Shown piece after piece: positions 11,903 through 23,216 of a DNA stretch of 64,000 bases. A program made the position numbers and the translations under genes. The notes below the pieces were generated by a model. The model saw only the letters and a list, made by a program, of their open reading frames with translations, was not told where the DNA came from and made no database searches. The first letter of the stretch is position 1. Every line of letters starts with the position of its first letter. Source of the stretch: Spirochaetia bacterium (GTDB lineage Bacteria; Spirochaetota; Spirochaetia; DSM-16054; Sediminispirochaetaceae); contig JAXHMY010000003.1 of NCBI GenBank assembly GCA_034520965.1, positions 320,001 to 384,000 of the forward strand, in the 5' to 3' direction.

Positions 11903-12301
11903 CTATCTAAGAAACCCGTTAAAGTGCACATTTCCTCTGTCCATCATTATTTGCAAACGTCGTTTGATCCATTCCCGAATGTAAAGGCGGGTAAAGGGTA
12001 TAAGAATCAGTATTCCAATTACATCGGTGATCACCCCCGGCGTCAGTAGTACCACGCCGGCTCCAAAGATAAGCAAACCGTCCAGCATATCTTCGGCAGG
12101 GAACATCCCCATCTCCATCTCCCGCTGAATCCTGCTCCACACCATAAAGCCCTGTTGCCGGGACAGGTAAGCCCCCAGCACTCCGGTACCTACCACGATT
12201 AGTACGGTAGGGAGGGCACCAATTATTGTGCCGATTTTAATTAATAAAAACAGTTCCACCAGCGGAACCAATGTAAACAGTAAAATAAGTCGTCCGAGCA
12301 T
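11903..12301 (-). CDS. fxsA: FxsA family membrane protein
   Basis: LVPLVELFLLI and LLTPGVITD motifs; start placed at ATG 12301 after AGGAGGAG. Confidence 0.88.
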   Translation of the reverse strand: MLGRLILLFTLVPLVELFLLIKIGTIIGALPTVLIVVGTGVLGAYLSRQQGFMVWSRIQREMEMGMFPAEDMLDGLLIFGAGVVLLTPGVITDVIGILILIPFTRLYIREWIKRRLQIMMDRGNVHFNGFLR

Positions 12302-12315
12302 ATACTCCTCCTTCC

Positions 12316-15300
12316 TCATATCGAGGATACAATTTGACTTCCCGCTTCCGAGTCTTCACTCACCTGCAGAGCAACTGGAATTTCCTCCCGCAGTTCCTCG
12401 ACATGTGAAATCACTCCTACAATCCGGTTCTCCCTTCGCAGAGACTTTAAGGTGTCGAAGACATCCTGAAGTGAACGTCGATCGAGGGATCCGAAACCCT
12501 CATCCAGAAAAAAGAAACTCTCCTTATTTTGATGGATGCTGTCGGCTAATGCAAGGGCTAAAGAGAACGAGGCTTGAAACAACTGTCCCCCGGAAAGGGT
12601 TTTTACCGAACGAACCCGCCCCCCGTTCAAATAGTCCCGTATTACAAAATCATTCTCCCGGTTTACCTCAAGCCGCAGCTGTTTGTGGGTAAGATGGAAA
12701 AAACGATCGTTTGCCCGTGCGCATAGTTCATGCAGGTAACGAGTGGCCACGAAATTTACAAAGCCCTGGCCCTTGAACAGCTTAGAAAGTTCATTAAGAT
12801 TTTCAAGACGAAGCTCTACACGCTCATTTTCCCGTTGAAGAGCTTCTTTCTGGGTGAACCGATTCTGTAATGACTGCATGTCACTCTGTAATACCGCCTT
12901 CTCTTGCAAGAGCTTCGAGTAGTCCTGTTCCAGCTGTTCAGCCTTTTCACGCGCCTCCTGATGCAAGTCGCTGCGATACTCTATCCCCTGAGTCTCGCTG
13001 CGAAGATCGGTCACTCTCTCTTTAGCCGAAGAGTAGCTTCTATGAAAGGCTTCTATCTCTTTTCGGTCTGTGGCAAGATCGATATCGAGTGCCAGTATAT
13101 TTCTGACTTCTCTGAGTAAGCCATAGTTGGAAACAGAAAGCTGTTCAGCTGCCCTGCGTGCACTTGTTGCAACTTTCTGCGCCTCCATCCTACGTTGTTG
13201 GCGGCGCTCCTGTTCAGTCACACTGGCATTACTTAGATCAATCTCATGCTTTTGCTGCCTTTGTTCGGCCTGCTTATACGCATCTTCAGTCCGCTGGACC
13301 TCAGATCTAAGCGCAGCCGCCTGCTCGAATAGTTGGGCAGTGTCCATATTCCGGTATTCGACCTCTATTCCATCCCCTATTTTTGCAGCTTCTTCGGAAA
13401 TCCGATGCTGCAAAACGGCCTGTTCCTGCTGGAGGGTATGCAGCTGGGTCTGTTGAGAGTACTGTTCCTCTTCAATATCTTTTATTTCCGAATCTACTTT
13501 TTGGATCGCCTTCCGTACCTCATCCGCCTCAGCATGAGCAGATTGTGCAGCCTTCCATGCTTCTCGAAACCCAGTCTCATCATCAGGTAAAAATTCAGTC
13601 CAGACAAACTTTTTGCGATGCAGGGCTAAGTGCTGCTCAATATCTGCAAGCCCGCTCTTTACCTGGGAAATGCGTCTGTCAGGCGGCCGTACACTATATC
13701 GAGACTGCCGGCGCACGCGGTTTTCTGCTGAATCAGACTGCTGCGAAGGGCCTCTAAAGCTTCGATAGTCTTCTCTTTGTCGGAGACCTCCTGTAACGCA
13801 TCTTCTGCAGCCTCAGCCTGTGCATAGGCCGGGCTCGGATGCTCGCGCGATCCGCATACTGGGCATGGATGCTCCGGCCGGAGCAATCGGCTCAACTCTC
13901 TTGCACTATGCTGCTCATCCCCATCCAATATGCTACGCCGCAGGAGGCCCAGTGCCGCGCCTGTGGCATCCTCCGCCGCGTCAAAAGACTGTGCAATTTC
14001 TTTAGATGAACCTGCGGGCTGCGCCTCTGTACTGCTGCTATCAAAGCCGGAGATGCGGTCCGTCAATTCACGATAAAATGCGGAAAGTTCCTGTCGAAGC
14101 TCCTTCAAGCGTTCGTATACTGCTGCCGTCTCTTCGTACTGCTGGGCAGTGTCGGCTATTGAGGCGCTCAAAGACTGAACCGTCTCCGCAGCGGACTGAA
14201 GGCTGCGCGCATGCTGTTCAGCCTCCTGCCGGTACTGCTCCAACTGCTGCTGCCGGTCGTGTGCCTGGTCCAGGAGCTGCTGCCGCCGGCTGTACCATTC
14301 GGCAATCGCATTCATTTTTCCAAACAAAGCAGTTTCATTTTGCAGCACTTCCGATCTATTTTGAAGTGTAGTCCGCTCAAGCTGCAGTTTTTCAATCGAC
14401 GCGGCTATCCGTGCCTGACGCTCTGTAATCTGCTCTACTGAAGAGGAGAGCCCCTCCAGCTCCTTCTGCAGCTCCTTCCGTCTCGATAAGGCCTCAATCC
14501 GCAGGGCCCGTGCTTCCTTTTCAGCTTTCTGTGCATGGCGCTGCCCGGCCTGCTCCAGGTGCTCCTTGCCTGCTGCTTGTTCCTGGGCTATTCTCTTCCG
14601 TTCCTCCTCGGCCTCCCGTTCGCCCCTTTTAAGCTGCCGGTAGCTGCTGATGTATTCATCGATACGCTGCAGTGCTGCGGCAAAAAGCCGGCACTCCTCG
14701 TACTGGTTCAGCTTGGCTTGACGCCCTTCGACCTCGCTTCGTTGTGATTCAAGGGACTCTAAAGTCGATTCGGCAGTTTTGAGTTGGGAGAACAGCTGCT
14801 CCAGCTGTTCGAGTTTCTGCAACTCCTTCCGGGCCGTACTTTTTTTCTCATACAGCTCTTTGGCCTTCTCTTCAACCCCCGCCAAGTCACTCTGATATCG
14901 CTGCAGCTCCTGGGCAGAGACATCCTCCATCATCGACACCTTGCTCTGCACCTCGATGTGATGCTCCTTCGCCTCTTGCAACAGTGACGATGTAGCTGGA
15001 CTCAGATCAAATTTTTCAAGGCTAAAAAGCTCTTTGAGCATGGTACGCCGGTCGTTTGCCCTTAACTGCAGAAACTCCTGAAACCTACCCTGGGGAATAA
15101 TAATCGTTCGGCGGAAATTGTCGTAGGACAGGCCTAAAATCTCCCTGGCGGAATAGGAACGGTTATCATCATGCAGCGCTATGGCAGTCCCATCCTCAAT
15201 TTTGTAGGCACGGCGCTTAAAGCTGCGTACATCTTCATAATTTTTACTATTCCGACTGCCTTCAACGGTAAACAGGTACTCCTGTCCAGCATGAATAAAA

Positions 15301-15545
15301 CGAAAATGGACCTTGAGTTTGCGGGATTGCAGGTTCATCAGATTGTAATTACGGCTGTCCTTGGCACTCAGTCGGTCATTTTCGCCGTACAGGGCTAAGG
15401 TAATTGCATCAAGAATAGTCGATTTACCGCTGCCCACGGGACCGAAAATACCAAACAGGCCGGCGGCTGTGAGGGGCTGGAAATCGATTTCAGCTTCCTC
15501 TCGGTATGAGAACAGTCCTTTAATTGAGAGGTACAGTGGTTTCAA
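12316..15545 (-). CDS. sbcC: SbcC SMC-like ATPase; split by an indel near 13670-13700
   Basis: Walker A GPVGSGKST, PQGRFQEFL, zinc hook CPVCGS, LSGG signature, FLDEGFGSLD, ISHV. Confidence 0.92.
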
Positions 15546-16936
15546 CTCTCTTCCTCGGCAGTACTCAGCACTTCCCGAAACAGCTCGGTCAAAGCCTTCG
15601 GCGGCTCAGAGCCCTGGTGTTCAGCTGCATAATACGCGGCAAACAGGGTATCTATCGATTGGCTCACATCGGCCACTTTAGCCTCCTCGGACATTTCAGC
15701 CCCGCGGATTTCCGGAATGATGCTTAAGATTCGATCGTGGGCGGCAAAAATACGGCGGCGCTCTTCGGAACTGAGGTAGCTGTCCAGCTGCAGTGTAAGC
15801 TCTACATACGCATCCTGATGCTCCGCAAGCCACTGTACTGCTTCCTCCGTACTTTCACAGACCGGCCTCAAAACAGGCAGGCCGCTCTGCAGGGGAAGCG
15901 GCTTTACATTGGCCTCTGCACCCGGCTCCAGGTCGACAAGGTATACATACTTCTGCTGTTCCGATTCACTGCGGGAATACGCCAGGGGGCTGCCGCAATA
16001 GGCTGCCGGCACCGGTTTTGGGCACACAAAATGGCCGCGATGCAGGTGACCCAGGGCAACATATTGGCAAAGTGCCGGAAATGCAGAAACAGGAACCGGG
16101 GGCAGGCCCCCTTTATAGAGAATAGGCTTTTCATCCTCGGGTTCAGCCAGGCTCTCCATTGATACGGCGGGTTCTTCAAGCTCGAACTGCAGCTGCTCCT
16201 GCCCCTGTTTTTGATCAAGGTCTCTGCCTGGAACTTTGCTCCGGCCGCTCGTTCTATCGATCGCATACAGGTGGGCCGCCATCACATTTACATCTTCCCT
16301 GCGAAAGGCCGCAGCTGCGGTGCTATCCCACAAATTCGAAAGGCCGGCAATCAACTCGGAGTCAGTTACAGGATGGGCCCGGCTTTTGTCCGGGGCCGAC
16401 CTCTCCTTCCCAGCCCCGTTCTCCTTCGAGCCCTGTTTATCCTCCGGGTCTTGATCTTTTAAAATATCCTGAATACGCCGTTCATTGGCATATGGACTTG
16501 CCAGCACATTAAGAGTAGGTAGACCTTCCCGTTCAATTCTCACCGCGCCGGGGGCCGGAAAAGAGATAGTAACCCCGGAATCTGTGGTTATTCCAGGCAG
16601 CTTGGTAGTGATATAGCCAATTAACACTATTCCGTGCAGACGTGCAAGCGGATCCGGGGCCTGGATTGCGTCGGCTGAATCATGGTTCCCCGCAATAGCA
16701 ATCACCGGTCGAGCACCATTGCAGCTCATTCGCTTTAATGCTGAGTAAAAGAGTTCCTGCGCTTCCGTCGAGGGATTAAACGAGTCAAACAGGTCGCCTG
16801 AAACCAGTACCGCATCTACCTTATGCAGCTCTGCCAGTTCGGAGATCTCATCCAAAACTTGACGCTGCTCCTCTATCCGTGAGAAAAGGTCCAGTCGTTT
16901 TCCTAAATGCCAGTCTGAAGTATGGAGTAGGCGCAT
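15542..16936 (-). CDS. sbcD: SbcD nuclease
   Basis: HTSDWHLG, GDLFD, GNHD, ALGHLH, YCGSP; overlaps the sbcC start. Confidence 0.93.
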   Translation of the reverse strand: MRLLHTSDWHLGKRLDLFSRIEEQRQVLDEISELAELHKVDAVLVSGDLFDSFNPSTEAQELFYSALKRMSCNGARPVIAIAGNHDSADAIQAPDPLARLHGIVLIGYITTKLPGITTDSGVTISFPAPGAVRIEREGLPTLNVLASPYANERRIQDILKDQDPEDKQGSKENGAGKERSAPDKSRAHPVTDSELIAGLSNLWDSTAAAAFRREDVNVMAAHLYAIDRTSGRSKVPGRDLDQKQGQEQLQFELEEPAVSMESLAEPEDEKPILYKGGLPPVPVSAFPALCQYVALGHLHRGHFVCPKPVPAAYCGSPLAYSRSESEQQKYVYLVDLEPGAEANVKPLPLQSGLPVLRPVCESTEEAVQWLAEHQDAYVELTLQLDSYLSSEERRRIFAAHDRILSIIPEIRGAEMSEEAKVADVSQSIDTLFAAYYAAEHQGSEPPKALTELFREVLSTAEEES

Positions 16937-16952
16937 ACAGGCGTACCGCCGT

Positions 16953-17636
16953 CTAATTCCCGAGCATCAATTGGGCGTAATTCTGCTCGAGCTTTGTCGC
17001 GGATCCGATATTAAGACTAAGAAAGGCGATAGTCTCCTCACCCTTAGTGTATATTCGAAAAGGAGAGTCCTCAAACCCTAGGTTCCGTAAAATCACATGC
17101 AGCATCACAATCCCTAAACCGGCTCCCTCGGTATAATCTTCTGAGACGGCATATACATCCGCCAGATTATGAGCGTGTCGTGCTATCTCGACTTTTTTGT
17201 TGATGCGCTGCTGCTCTTGTTCCGTTAAGCATACATTATTACGAATGACTACTTTGAAATAAGGTTCTTCAATCTGAAAATGAAATTTTATATAGTAGCC
17301 GTTCTGTTTATGGTGCCATGCATATTTTTCAGGATGCTGCAGTGCTTCCCGCTTAAAACTAGCCATTCCACTGTTATAATCCACAGGATCTTCAATATCC
17401 AGTTGTTTTAAATCGAAATATAGGCGTTTCAAGTTTGCTTTGTGTGCATTGCCGGCTACTTCGTGTATACAATAGCTGATGTTGTTCATCAGCACATTCA
17501 GCCCCACCTCGCTTAAATAGCGTTCCAGCACTGTATCAATGTATTCCCGCTCATTGCCAAGATAACTGTATGAGGTAACTGTTAAAACCTTTTTGCGTTG
17601 AATTGCGTAATCAATGGTGCTTCTGTCAACATTCAT
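16953..17636 (-). CDS. Hypothetical GHKL/HATPase-like protein
   Basis: HEVAGNAHKAN (N-box-like) and EGAGLG (G2-box-like); no HisKA domain. Confidence 0.6.
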   Translation of the reverse strand: MNVDRSTIDYAIQRKKVLTVTSYSYLGNEREYIDTVLERYLSEVGLNVLMNNISYCIHEVAGNAHKANLKRLYFDLKQLDIEDPVDYNSGMASFKREALQHPEKYAWHHKQNGYYIKFHFQIEEPYFKVVIRNNVCLTEQEQQRINKKVEIARHAHNLADVYAVSEDYTEGAGLGIVMLHVILRNLGFEDSPFRIYTKGEETIAFLSLNIGSATKLEQNYAQLMLGN

Positions 17637-17784
17637 ACCGCTGCCTTAATTATTACTTATTTCTTACCACTTTAAGTTCGACCATTGTAACCCCGTTTAT
17701 CCAATACGTCCAGTAGCATTTATTCCATAACCATGTTATTATTTTCCAAGTAATATTTGAATTTTTGATAGGGGCAGGCAGCAT

Positions 17785-19917
17785 ATGCGTATTCGCACAA
17801 AGCTCGGATTTGTTGAGTTGATTCTAGTCGTCGGATTTCTGATCGCCATGGGCGTGGTAATTTTCTACACCAATTCAATAATTAGATTAAAAGACTTCCA
17901 GGTGCAGTCAAACGTAGTCATGTCCTCTTTACGGAGGATGAATTATCAGACCCAGAGTTTACTGACCACCCGTGCTCCAGTAATAGAGATTAGTGTGCAT
18001 TGGACCAACACCATCAATGAGTTTGAACGAGACCTGGAAGCTCTCTCAGGATACTCCAATTTGATGGTTTTAAGCGACACCCAGAAAAAACAGATGACCG
18101 AGCTTACCGGCTGGTGGGAACAGATCTATCAGTGGTACTACAAACCGGCTATCGACCACTTGCAAAAAATGCAGGGAGGTGAGTCTGGAAGTGCGGTTGG
18201 AAGTCGGGGAATTCTACGCACATTGCTTGAATTACAGTCTGCAGAGGGGGACCCCCCCGGCTTTTTGGGTCAGCTTCATACTATCCGTAACTACCGCGAC
18301 CTCATTATGGATGAGACCCAGACATTCAGTGACCGATTGCTTGAACTAACCTCCAGCATCGAGCAACAAGTAGATAGCAACATTCGGCAAAGTTTCCGAA
18401 TTGTTATTGCCTTGATTGTACTGACTGTCGCGTTTACCATCTTCATTACCACGCGCTTTGCCCACTTAATGGGTTCACGAATTCGAAAGGTTGAACAGGC
18501 GATGCGGCATTTGGCACGGGGCGATTTCTCCACTCAGCTCGATATCCAATCAAAAGATGAGTTTCAGGAACTCTCGGAAAACTATAATATCTTGAAAACG
18601 CAGCTGCAGGAAAAACTGAACTCCGTGCTTGGTTTCATGGTTGATATAAGTAATTCCCTGGCTGAAGGCCCCCAGCTGCAGCGTATCATGAACATCATCA
18701 CCAGTTCAGCTGTAGAAAATACCGATGCCGACGGAGCAGCTCTTTACCTGGTAGACAGCGAGCAGAAAAAGCTGGTTCCCCAGACTTTTTCCGGTGACTT
18801 TATACCTCCTTTTCCGGTTCCGGAAGAGGCAGCTGAATCACAGAAGAAAGCGCTGGAATACGCCCGGGAGACTCAACTTACAATTGGGGAGAACGCAATT
18901 GGAACAGCGGTTGAAAATGTAAAACCCCTGTTTATCCGTTCCGCCTCCGAGCTGAGTAATGGAACGCTTGGTGTTCACCGAGAAAAGGATGATCCCCTGT
19001 ACATTGAGTCGATGATCATAAGCCCGCTGATGATATCTCAGCGTGTGTTGGGAACTATCGTAATGACTAAAAAAGCCGGTGGGGGCAATTTCACAGACCT
19101 CGACTTTACTCATATGCAGACTTTTGCGGACTATGCCGCACTTACAATCGACAACATTTTTAACTACGAAGAGCTGATCGAGAAACGGGAGATGCACCGG
19201 GAAATCGAGATCGCCGCAAATATCCAGAAAGGTCTGTTGCCGCGGGAAATACCTGAACTCCCTTCAACACAAATAGCGGCCTTTTCCCGAGCAGCAAGGG
19301 GAATAAGTGGAGACTATTACGATGCTTTTTTAATTGAAAAGGGAATTCTGGGTGTAGTTGTATGTGATGTTGTTGGAAAAGGAGTGCCGGCATCGCTTCT
19401 GATGGTAATGATACGTACGGTAATCAGACTTATATCATCTCCCCAGCGAACCCCTGCTCAGCTGTTAACCCTGCTCAACCGGGGTATAATCGGAAGAATC
19501 GGTACCGAGCACTTCGCTACTCTGAGTATGTTCAGCTACAACGAAGCGAAAAAAGAGGTCACCTATTCGAATGCAGCCCACCCGCCCCTCCTGCTCTACC
19601 GCTCCTCAGAGGATGAGTTTCTGGAGATTGACACTCCGGGACTGCCAATCGGTATTGAGCAAAAGGAACAGTACCAGCAACGAAAATTTGCCGTTCAATC
19701 CGGGGATATTATTATTCTATTCACAGATGGTATTCCGGAGACTCGCTCACCGGATGGTCGTGAGTACTCTACTGAAACCATGAAAAGTTCCTTAAAGCAG
19801 GTAAGAGGTAAAACGGCTAAGGCAATTTCGAAGCACATAAAAGACGATTTGGACCGCTTTACCGAGGCGGCCGAACAACATGACGACCAGACCCTATTTG
19901 TAATGAAAATTAAGTGA
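17785..19917 (+). CDS. Membrane SpoIIE/RsbU-type PP2C phosphatase (TM-HAMP-GAF-SpoIIE)
   Basis: Two TMs, HAMP (GDFS..SKDEF), GAF, AANIQKGLLP, SGDYYD, DVVGKG, FTDG, HDDQT. Confidence 0.92.
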   Translation: MRIRTKLGFVELILVVGFLIAMGVVIFYTNSIIRLKDFQVQSNVVMSSLRRMNYQTQSLLTTRAPVIEISVHWTNTINEFERDLEALSGYSNLMVLSDTQKKQMTELTGWWEQIYQWYYKPAIDHLQKMQGGESGSAVGSRGILRTLLELQSAEGDPPGFLGQLHTIRNYRDLIMDETQTFSDRLLELTSSIEQQVDSNIRQSFRIVIALIVLTVAFTIFITTRFAHLMGSRIRKVEQAMRHLARGDFSTQLDIQSKDEFQELSENYNILKTQLQEKLNSVLGFMVDISNSLAEGPQLQRIMNIITSSAVENTDADGAALYLVDSEQKKLVPQTFSGDFIPPFPVPEEAAESQKKALEYARETQLTIGENAIGTAVENVKPLFIRSASELSNGTLGVHREKDDPLYIESMIISPLMISQRVLGTIVMTKKAGGGNFTDLDFTHMQTFADYAALTIDNIFNYEELIEKREMHREIEIAANIQKGLLPREIPELPSTQIAAFSRAARGISGDYYDAFLIEKGILGVVVCDVVGKGVPASLLMVMIRTVIRLISSPQRTPAQLLTLLNRGIIGRIGTEHFATLSMFSYNEAKKEVTYSNAAHPPLLLYRSSEDEFLEIDTPGLPIGIEQKEQYQQRKFAVQSGDIIILFTDGIPETRSPDGREYSTETMKSSLKQVRGKTAKAISKHIKDDLDRFTEAAEQHDDQTLFVMKIK

Positions 19918-19922
19918 GGTAT

Positions 19923-21089
19923 TTAGAAGCGCATGGCCAGGGTGATAAATGAGATGTCGTGCTGTTCAAAGCGGTTTACATAGCTGTCGAATAGGGTTCC
20001 CTGCCGGCGGCATTCCTCCTGCAGATAGGTAAGATAATACAAGCCAAGTTGATCTTCGTGGTCAGCGGTAAGATGGCCGTAAAACTCCGACAGATCTTTG
20101 CCTTGGGTGTGTAGATGTTTTTTATCCTCAATATCCCTGCGGATGTTGTCTGCCTCTGTAGACTGATTAAAGAACATAATTTGAAAGGGATTAGTTTCGG
20201 TTACCGTGCCATGCCGCCCCTGAATTCTCCAAGAGATGGTAGCTTTCTCATTGTGGGATTCCATGCTTTCCAGTACTTTGAGCCTGTCATTTCTATTTTT
20301 CATAAAGTGCTCTAAATCAACTTTCCCCTGCAGATAACTGTCGACAGCTTTCTGCATCAAGCTTTTTTCAGACAAAGTTGCCAATTCAAGGACTAACAGG
20401 CTCAGGTAATCGGCGATATTGGTCTTTGCCAGATAGCTCCAGACTACTCCATCCAAGGCCTTAATTGTGCTGGAAAAGTTATGGGTCTCGCCCCGTTCAC
20501 GGGCAAGCAATGCCCAGATTAACGGATTAAGTTGTTCTAAAAAATTTTGTCCTTTTAGCCGCAATTGCTGATCTTCCTCCTGCGACATTTCTTCTAATTC
20601 CGGCGAGTGAAGCCTAAAAATCTCTTCAACCGCTTCTTTAAATACCGGCCTCACCTTTTCAAACTGCTGAGTGTACTCTTTATTTCTGTTCTGCTGTAAA
20701 ATAGTCTGGGTATTCAGAGCCCCACCGGGATTTTTACGGTTCCAAAGTACCACCATCGGGGCCTCTTTTAATGCTTTAGCCAGTTTTCCGGAATACTCCT
20801 TATACAGCACTCCATAGGCAATTAACTTGGCCAGATCCATTATTTCGGTTCGTTTGGAGGTAAAATCACTGCGGGACACTTCAAGACGTGAGATATACCC
20901 TGCATACACCAGTCGCTGCAGGGTCTTGGCAGAATAGCTGTGCAGAACAACCGCCCCCGGGTCTACCTGCGTCCTCCCCTGCATGTATTCGTTGGTTCGA
21001 TGCCGCTGGTTAAAAAAGTACTCCCCCTCATCGGTGAGAGTGAGTTGTACGGGCAGTTCAATTATCGAAGACTTAGTATCTCTTCCCAT
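19923..21089 (-). CDS. Hypothetical protein (388 aa), last gene of the STAS/anti-sigma operon
   Basis: Long ORF 2 nt downstream of the preceding stop; no family recognised. Confidence 0.7.
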   Translation of the reverse strand: MGRDTKSSIIELPVQLTLTDEGEYFFNQRHRTNEYMQGRTQVDPGAVVLHSYSAKTLQRLVYAGYISRLEVSRSDFTSKRTEIMDLAKLIAYGVLYKEYSGKLAKALKEAPMVVLWNRKNPGGALNTQTILQQNRNKEYTQQFEKVRPVFKEAVEEIFRLHSPELEEMSQEEDQQLRLKGQNFLEQLNPLIWALLARERGETHNFSSTIKALDGVVWSYLAKTNIADYLSLLVLELATLSEKSLMQKAVDSYLQGKVDLEHFMKNRNDRLKVLESMESHNEKATISWRIQGRHGTVTETNPFQIMFFNQSTEADNIRRDIEDKKHLHTQGKDLSEFYGHLTADHEDQLGLYYLTYLQEECRRQGTLFDSYVNRFEQHDISFITLAMRF

Positions 21090-21091
21090 GC

Positions 21092-21646
21092 TTAAGAGCT
21101 TGAGATCTCAATTCCAGGCCGTTTTTTTTCGTTAAAATTTTTATATACTGCAATAGCGTTCTTCTTATCATTAAACACCACCCCGCCATCCCAGTACTCA
21201 ACCGCAGCAAATAGGGCATTTCCACCGTCATCCTCGGTACTATTCGGGGTTCGATAAGAGAAATAGTTTTCCAGCTCTTCAAAGTTATGGTTTTCAAAGC
21301 ATTCATTACGCTTATTATTGAATTGGTTCCATTCTTCTACTTGCTGAAACCCCTCACCCTCATCCTCGACAATCAAATGAGCATGCCCGGTACTGAAGGA
21401 GGCCCACACTCTCACTTTTTTAGCCGGATCCTTCTTATTACCGTGGCGAACCCCATTTTTAATAAGTTCGCTTATCTGCTGCTCCAGCAGGTTAATCTCT
21501 TTGATCTCTGCAGGTGCCTTTTGCACTATTAACATTGAAAAAAAGCGTACCTGACGATAATCGCTCGGAAACTCCTTATAAAACATACCGCTCTTATCAA
21601 ACAATGGATGCTTTCCGTCTATGAGTATCTCTTTAGTATGTGACAT
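21092..21646 (-). CDS. RsbW-like anti-sigma factor/Ser kinase (HATPase)
   Basis: ELIKNGVRHGN, VEDEGEGF; follows a STAS gene. Confidence 0.75.
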   Translation of the reverse strand: MSHTKEILIDGKHPLFDKSGMFYKEFPSDYRQVRFFSMLIVQKAPAEIKEINLLEQQISELIKNGVRHGNKKDPAKKVRVWASFSTGHAHLIVEDEGEGFQQVEEWNQFNNKRNECFENHNFEELENYFSYRTPNSTEDDGGNALFAAVEYWDGGVVFNDKKNAIAVYKNFNEKKRPGIEISSS

Positions 21647-21663
21647 ATTATTATCCCCTTACC

Positions 21664-22002
21664 CTATGCGCTCAATTCTTGCAGAGCTGTTTTTACATCT
21701 TCCACAATTGGAAAATATCCCATCAATTTGGTAAGCTTGATGACTTTTGCAACCGAGCCATGCACATTGGTAATCCGCAGACTATAGCCATTTCGTTTGA
21801 CCGAGGTAAAAATGTGAATAAGGGCACCTACACCACTACTGTCGATGTAATCAACACTCTCGAGGTTAATTACAATTTTTGTAATGTTTTTATCAAGAAG
21901 CTTGTTAATAATATCCTTTAGCTCATGCGCATTATAAAGATCCATATCGCCTTGGACATCTACAATATAAACATCTTTGTATCTTCTGAAACCAATTTCC
22001 AT
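21664..22002 (-). CDS. STAS anti-sigma factor antagonist (RsbV/SpoIIAA-like)
   Basis: GDMDLYNA and VDYIDSSGVGAL with the conserved phospho-Ser. Confidence 0.92.
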   Translation of the reverse strand: MEIGFRRYKDVYIVDVQGDMDLYNAHELKDIINKLLDKNITKIVINLESVDYIDSSGVGALIHIFTSVKRNGYSLRITNVHGSVAKVIKLTKLMGYFPIVEDVKTALQELSA

Positions 22003-22111
22003 ACTCTTACCTTAAGTTGTGGGGTAATTTTGTCGCCTGTGCAAATAGCGTAGTAAACCGTATCACTATTCAGGTAATACGTCAAGAAAATACTATTTCT
22101 TCAATTTTATC

Positions 22112-22732
22112 CTATTTCATCGGTACAAATCGAACAGCTCCATGCTCACTCTGTTCATATCCCGTTGAGGTGCGGAGTATTCGAACCAAGTATTGTTCCA
22201 TTGTTCCAACCGGCCCTACCATTCGACCTCCAATCTTCAGCTGCTCTAAGAGTTCAGAGGGAATTTTCCCCGGAGCTGCCGACAGCAGGATTACATCATA
22301 GGGGGCTGCTTCCGGATACCCCTCGTAGCCGTTACCCTGGATACAATGGACGGAAGAATACCCATTTTCTTCAAGATATTTCTGCGCCCTTTCATACAGT
22401 GTGCCAATACGCTCAATAGTATACACCTCTTCGGCTAAGAGAGAAAGAATTGCCGCCGCATAGCCGGAACCGGTTCCTATTTCAAGGACCCTTTCGGTAC
22501 CCTGGAATTCGGCAAGCTCACACATTTTAGCTACAATATACGGCTGGCTGATGGTCTGTCCGGAACCAATCGACAGGGGCGCATCTGTGTAGGCCGTAGC
22601 AGGATCAATTCCAGGCACAAACCGGTGTCGCGGGACCTGTTTAAAAGCCCGCAGGAGTCGCGCTTCACTGATACAGCGGGAAGCAATTTGCTCTTCCACC
22701 ATTCTATGCCGGTACTGCTCTGAGAAATCCAT
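22112..22732 (-). CDS. pcm: Protein-L-isoaspartate O-methyltransferase
   Basis: VPRHRF, QTISQPY, VLEIGTGSGY, APYD, VRFVPM. Confidence 0.95.
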   Translation of the reverse strand: MDFSEQYRHRMVEEQIASRCISEARLLRAFKQVPRHRFVPGIDPATAYTDAPLSIGSGQTISQPYIVAKMCELAEFQGTERVLEIGTGSGYAAAILSLLAEEVYTIERIGTLYERAQKYLEENGYSSVHCIQGNGYEGYPEAAPYDVILLSAAPGKIPSELLEQLKIGGRMVGPVGTMEQYLVRILRTSTGYEQSEHGAVRFVPMK

Positions 22733-22811
22733 AGGGTTTCCCCTCCTTAACTCTCCTCCGGCGAGTATTTTACTCGCAAAAGAAATGTTGTTTCTATTTA
22801 CCAGTATATTA

Positions 22812-22830
22812 TGTTAACCTGAGGTTAACA
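22812..22830. promoter_or_regulatory. Perfect palindrome upstream of the XRE gene, candidate operator
   Basis: TGTTAACCT-G-AGGTTAACA ending 13 nt before ATG 22844. Confidence 0.5.
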
Positions 22831-22843
22831 AGAAGGGGATATT

Positions 22844-23176
22844 ATGACAAAAGTGCAAGAATTACTAGTAGTGAACCTAAAGCGAGCCCGTTACAACAAC
22901 GGTCTCTCACAGATGAAACTGGCGGAACGAGCCAATCTATCTCTGGGCTTTATTGGCGATATTGAATCAGGTAAAAAATTTCCATCTGCCAATTCGATAC
23001 AAAAGATCGTAGATTCGCTGGAAATACAACCCTATGAGCTGTTTATTGATATCCACGCTTCACTTTTAAACTGTCCCCTCTCAAAGCTGCGCTGTGTGCA
23101 GACCGAATTGGTAGGAAAAATAGACGAAGAAATTTCACAGACCTTGAACAAACATTTCTATACTGCGGATAACTGA
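22844..23176 (+). CDS. XRE-family HTH transcriptional regulator
   Basis: NLKRAR..GLSQMKLAE..IGDIESGKKFPS. Confidence 0.88.
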   Translation: MTKVQELLVVNLKRARYNNGLSQMKLAERANLSLGFIGDIESGKKFPSANSIQKIVDSLEIQPYELFIDIHASLLNCPLSKLRCVQTELVGKIDEEISQTLNKHFYTADN

Positions 23177-23216
23177 ACGACTACACCTAAAGCCTAAAAA
23201 CATCTATACTACAGGT

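Noticed and set aside
22793..22820. dif-like site (AGTATA-TTATGTTAACC resembles the XerD arm)
   Set aside because: The XerC arm does not match, and the sequence is better explained as half of the palindrome upstream of the XRE gene
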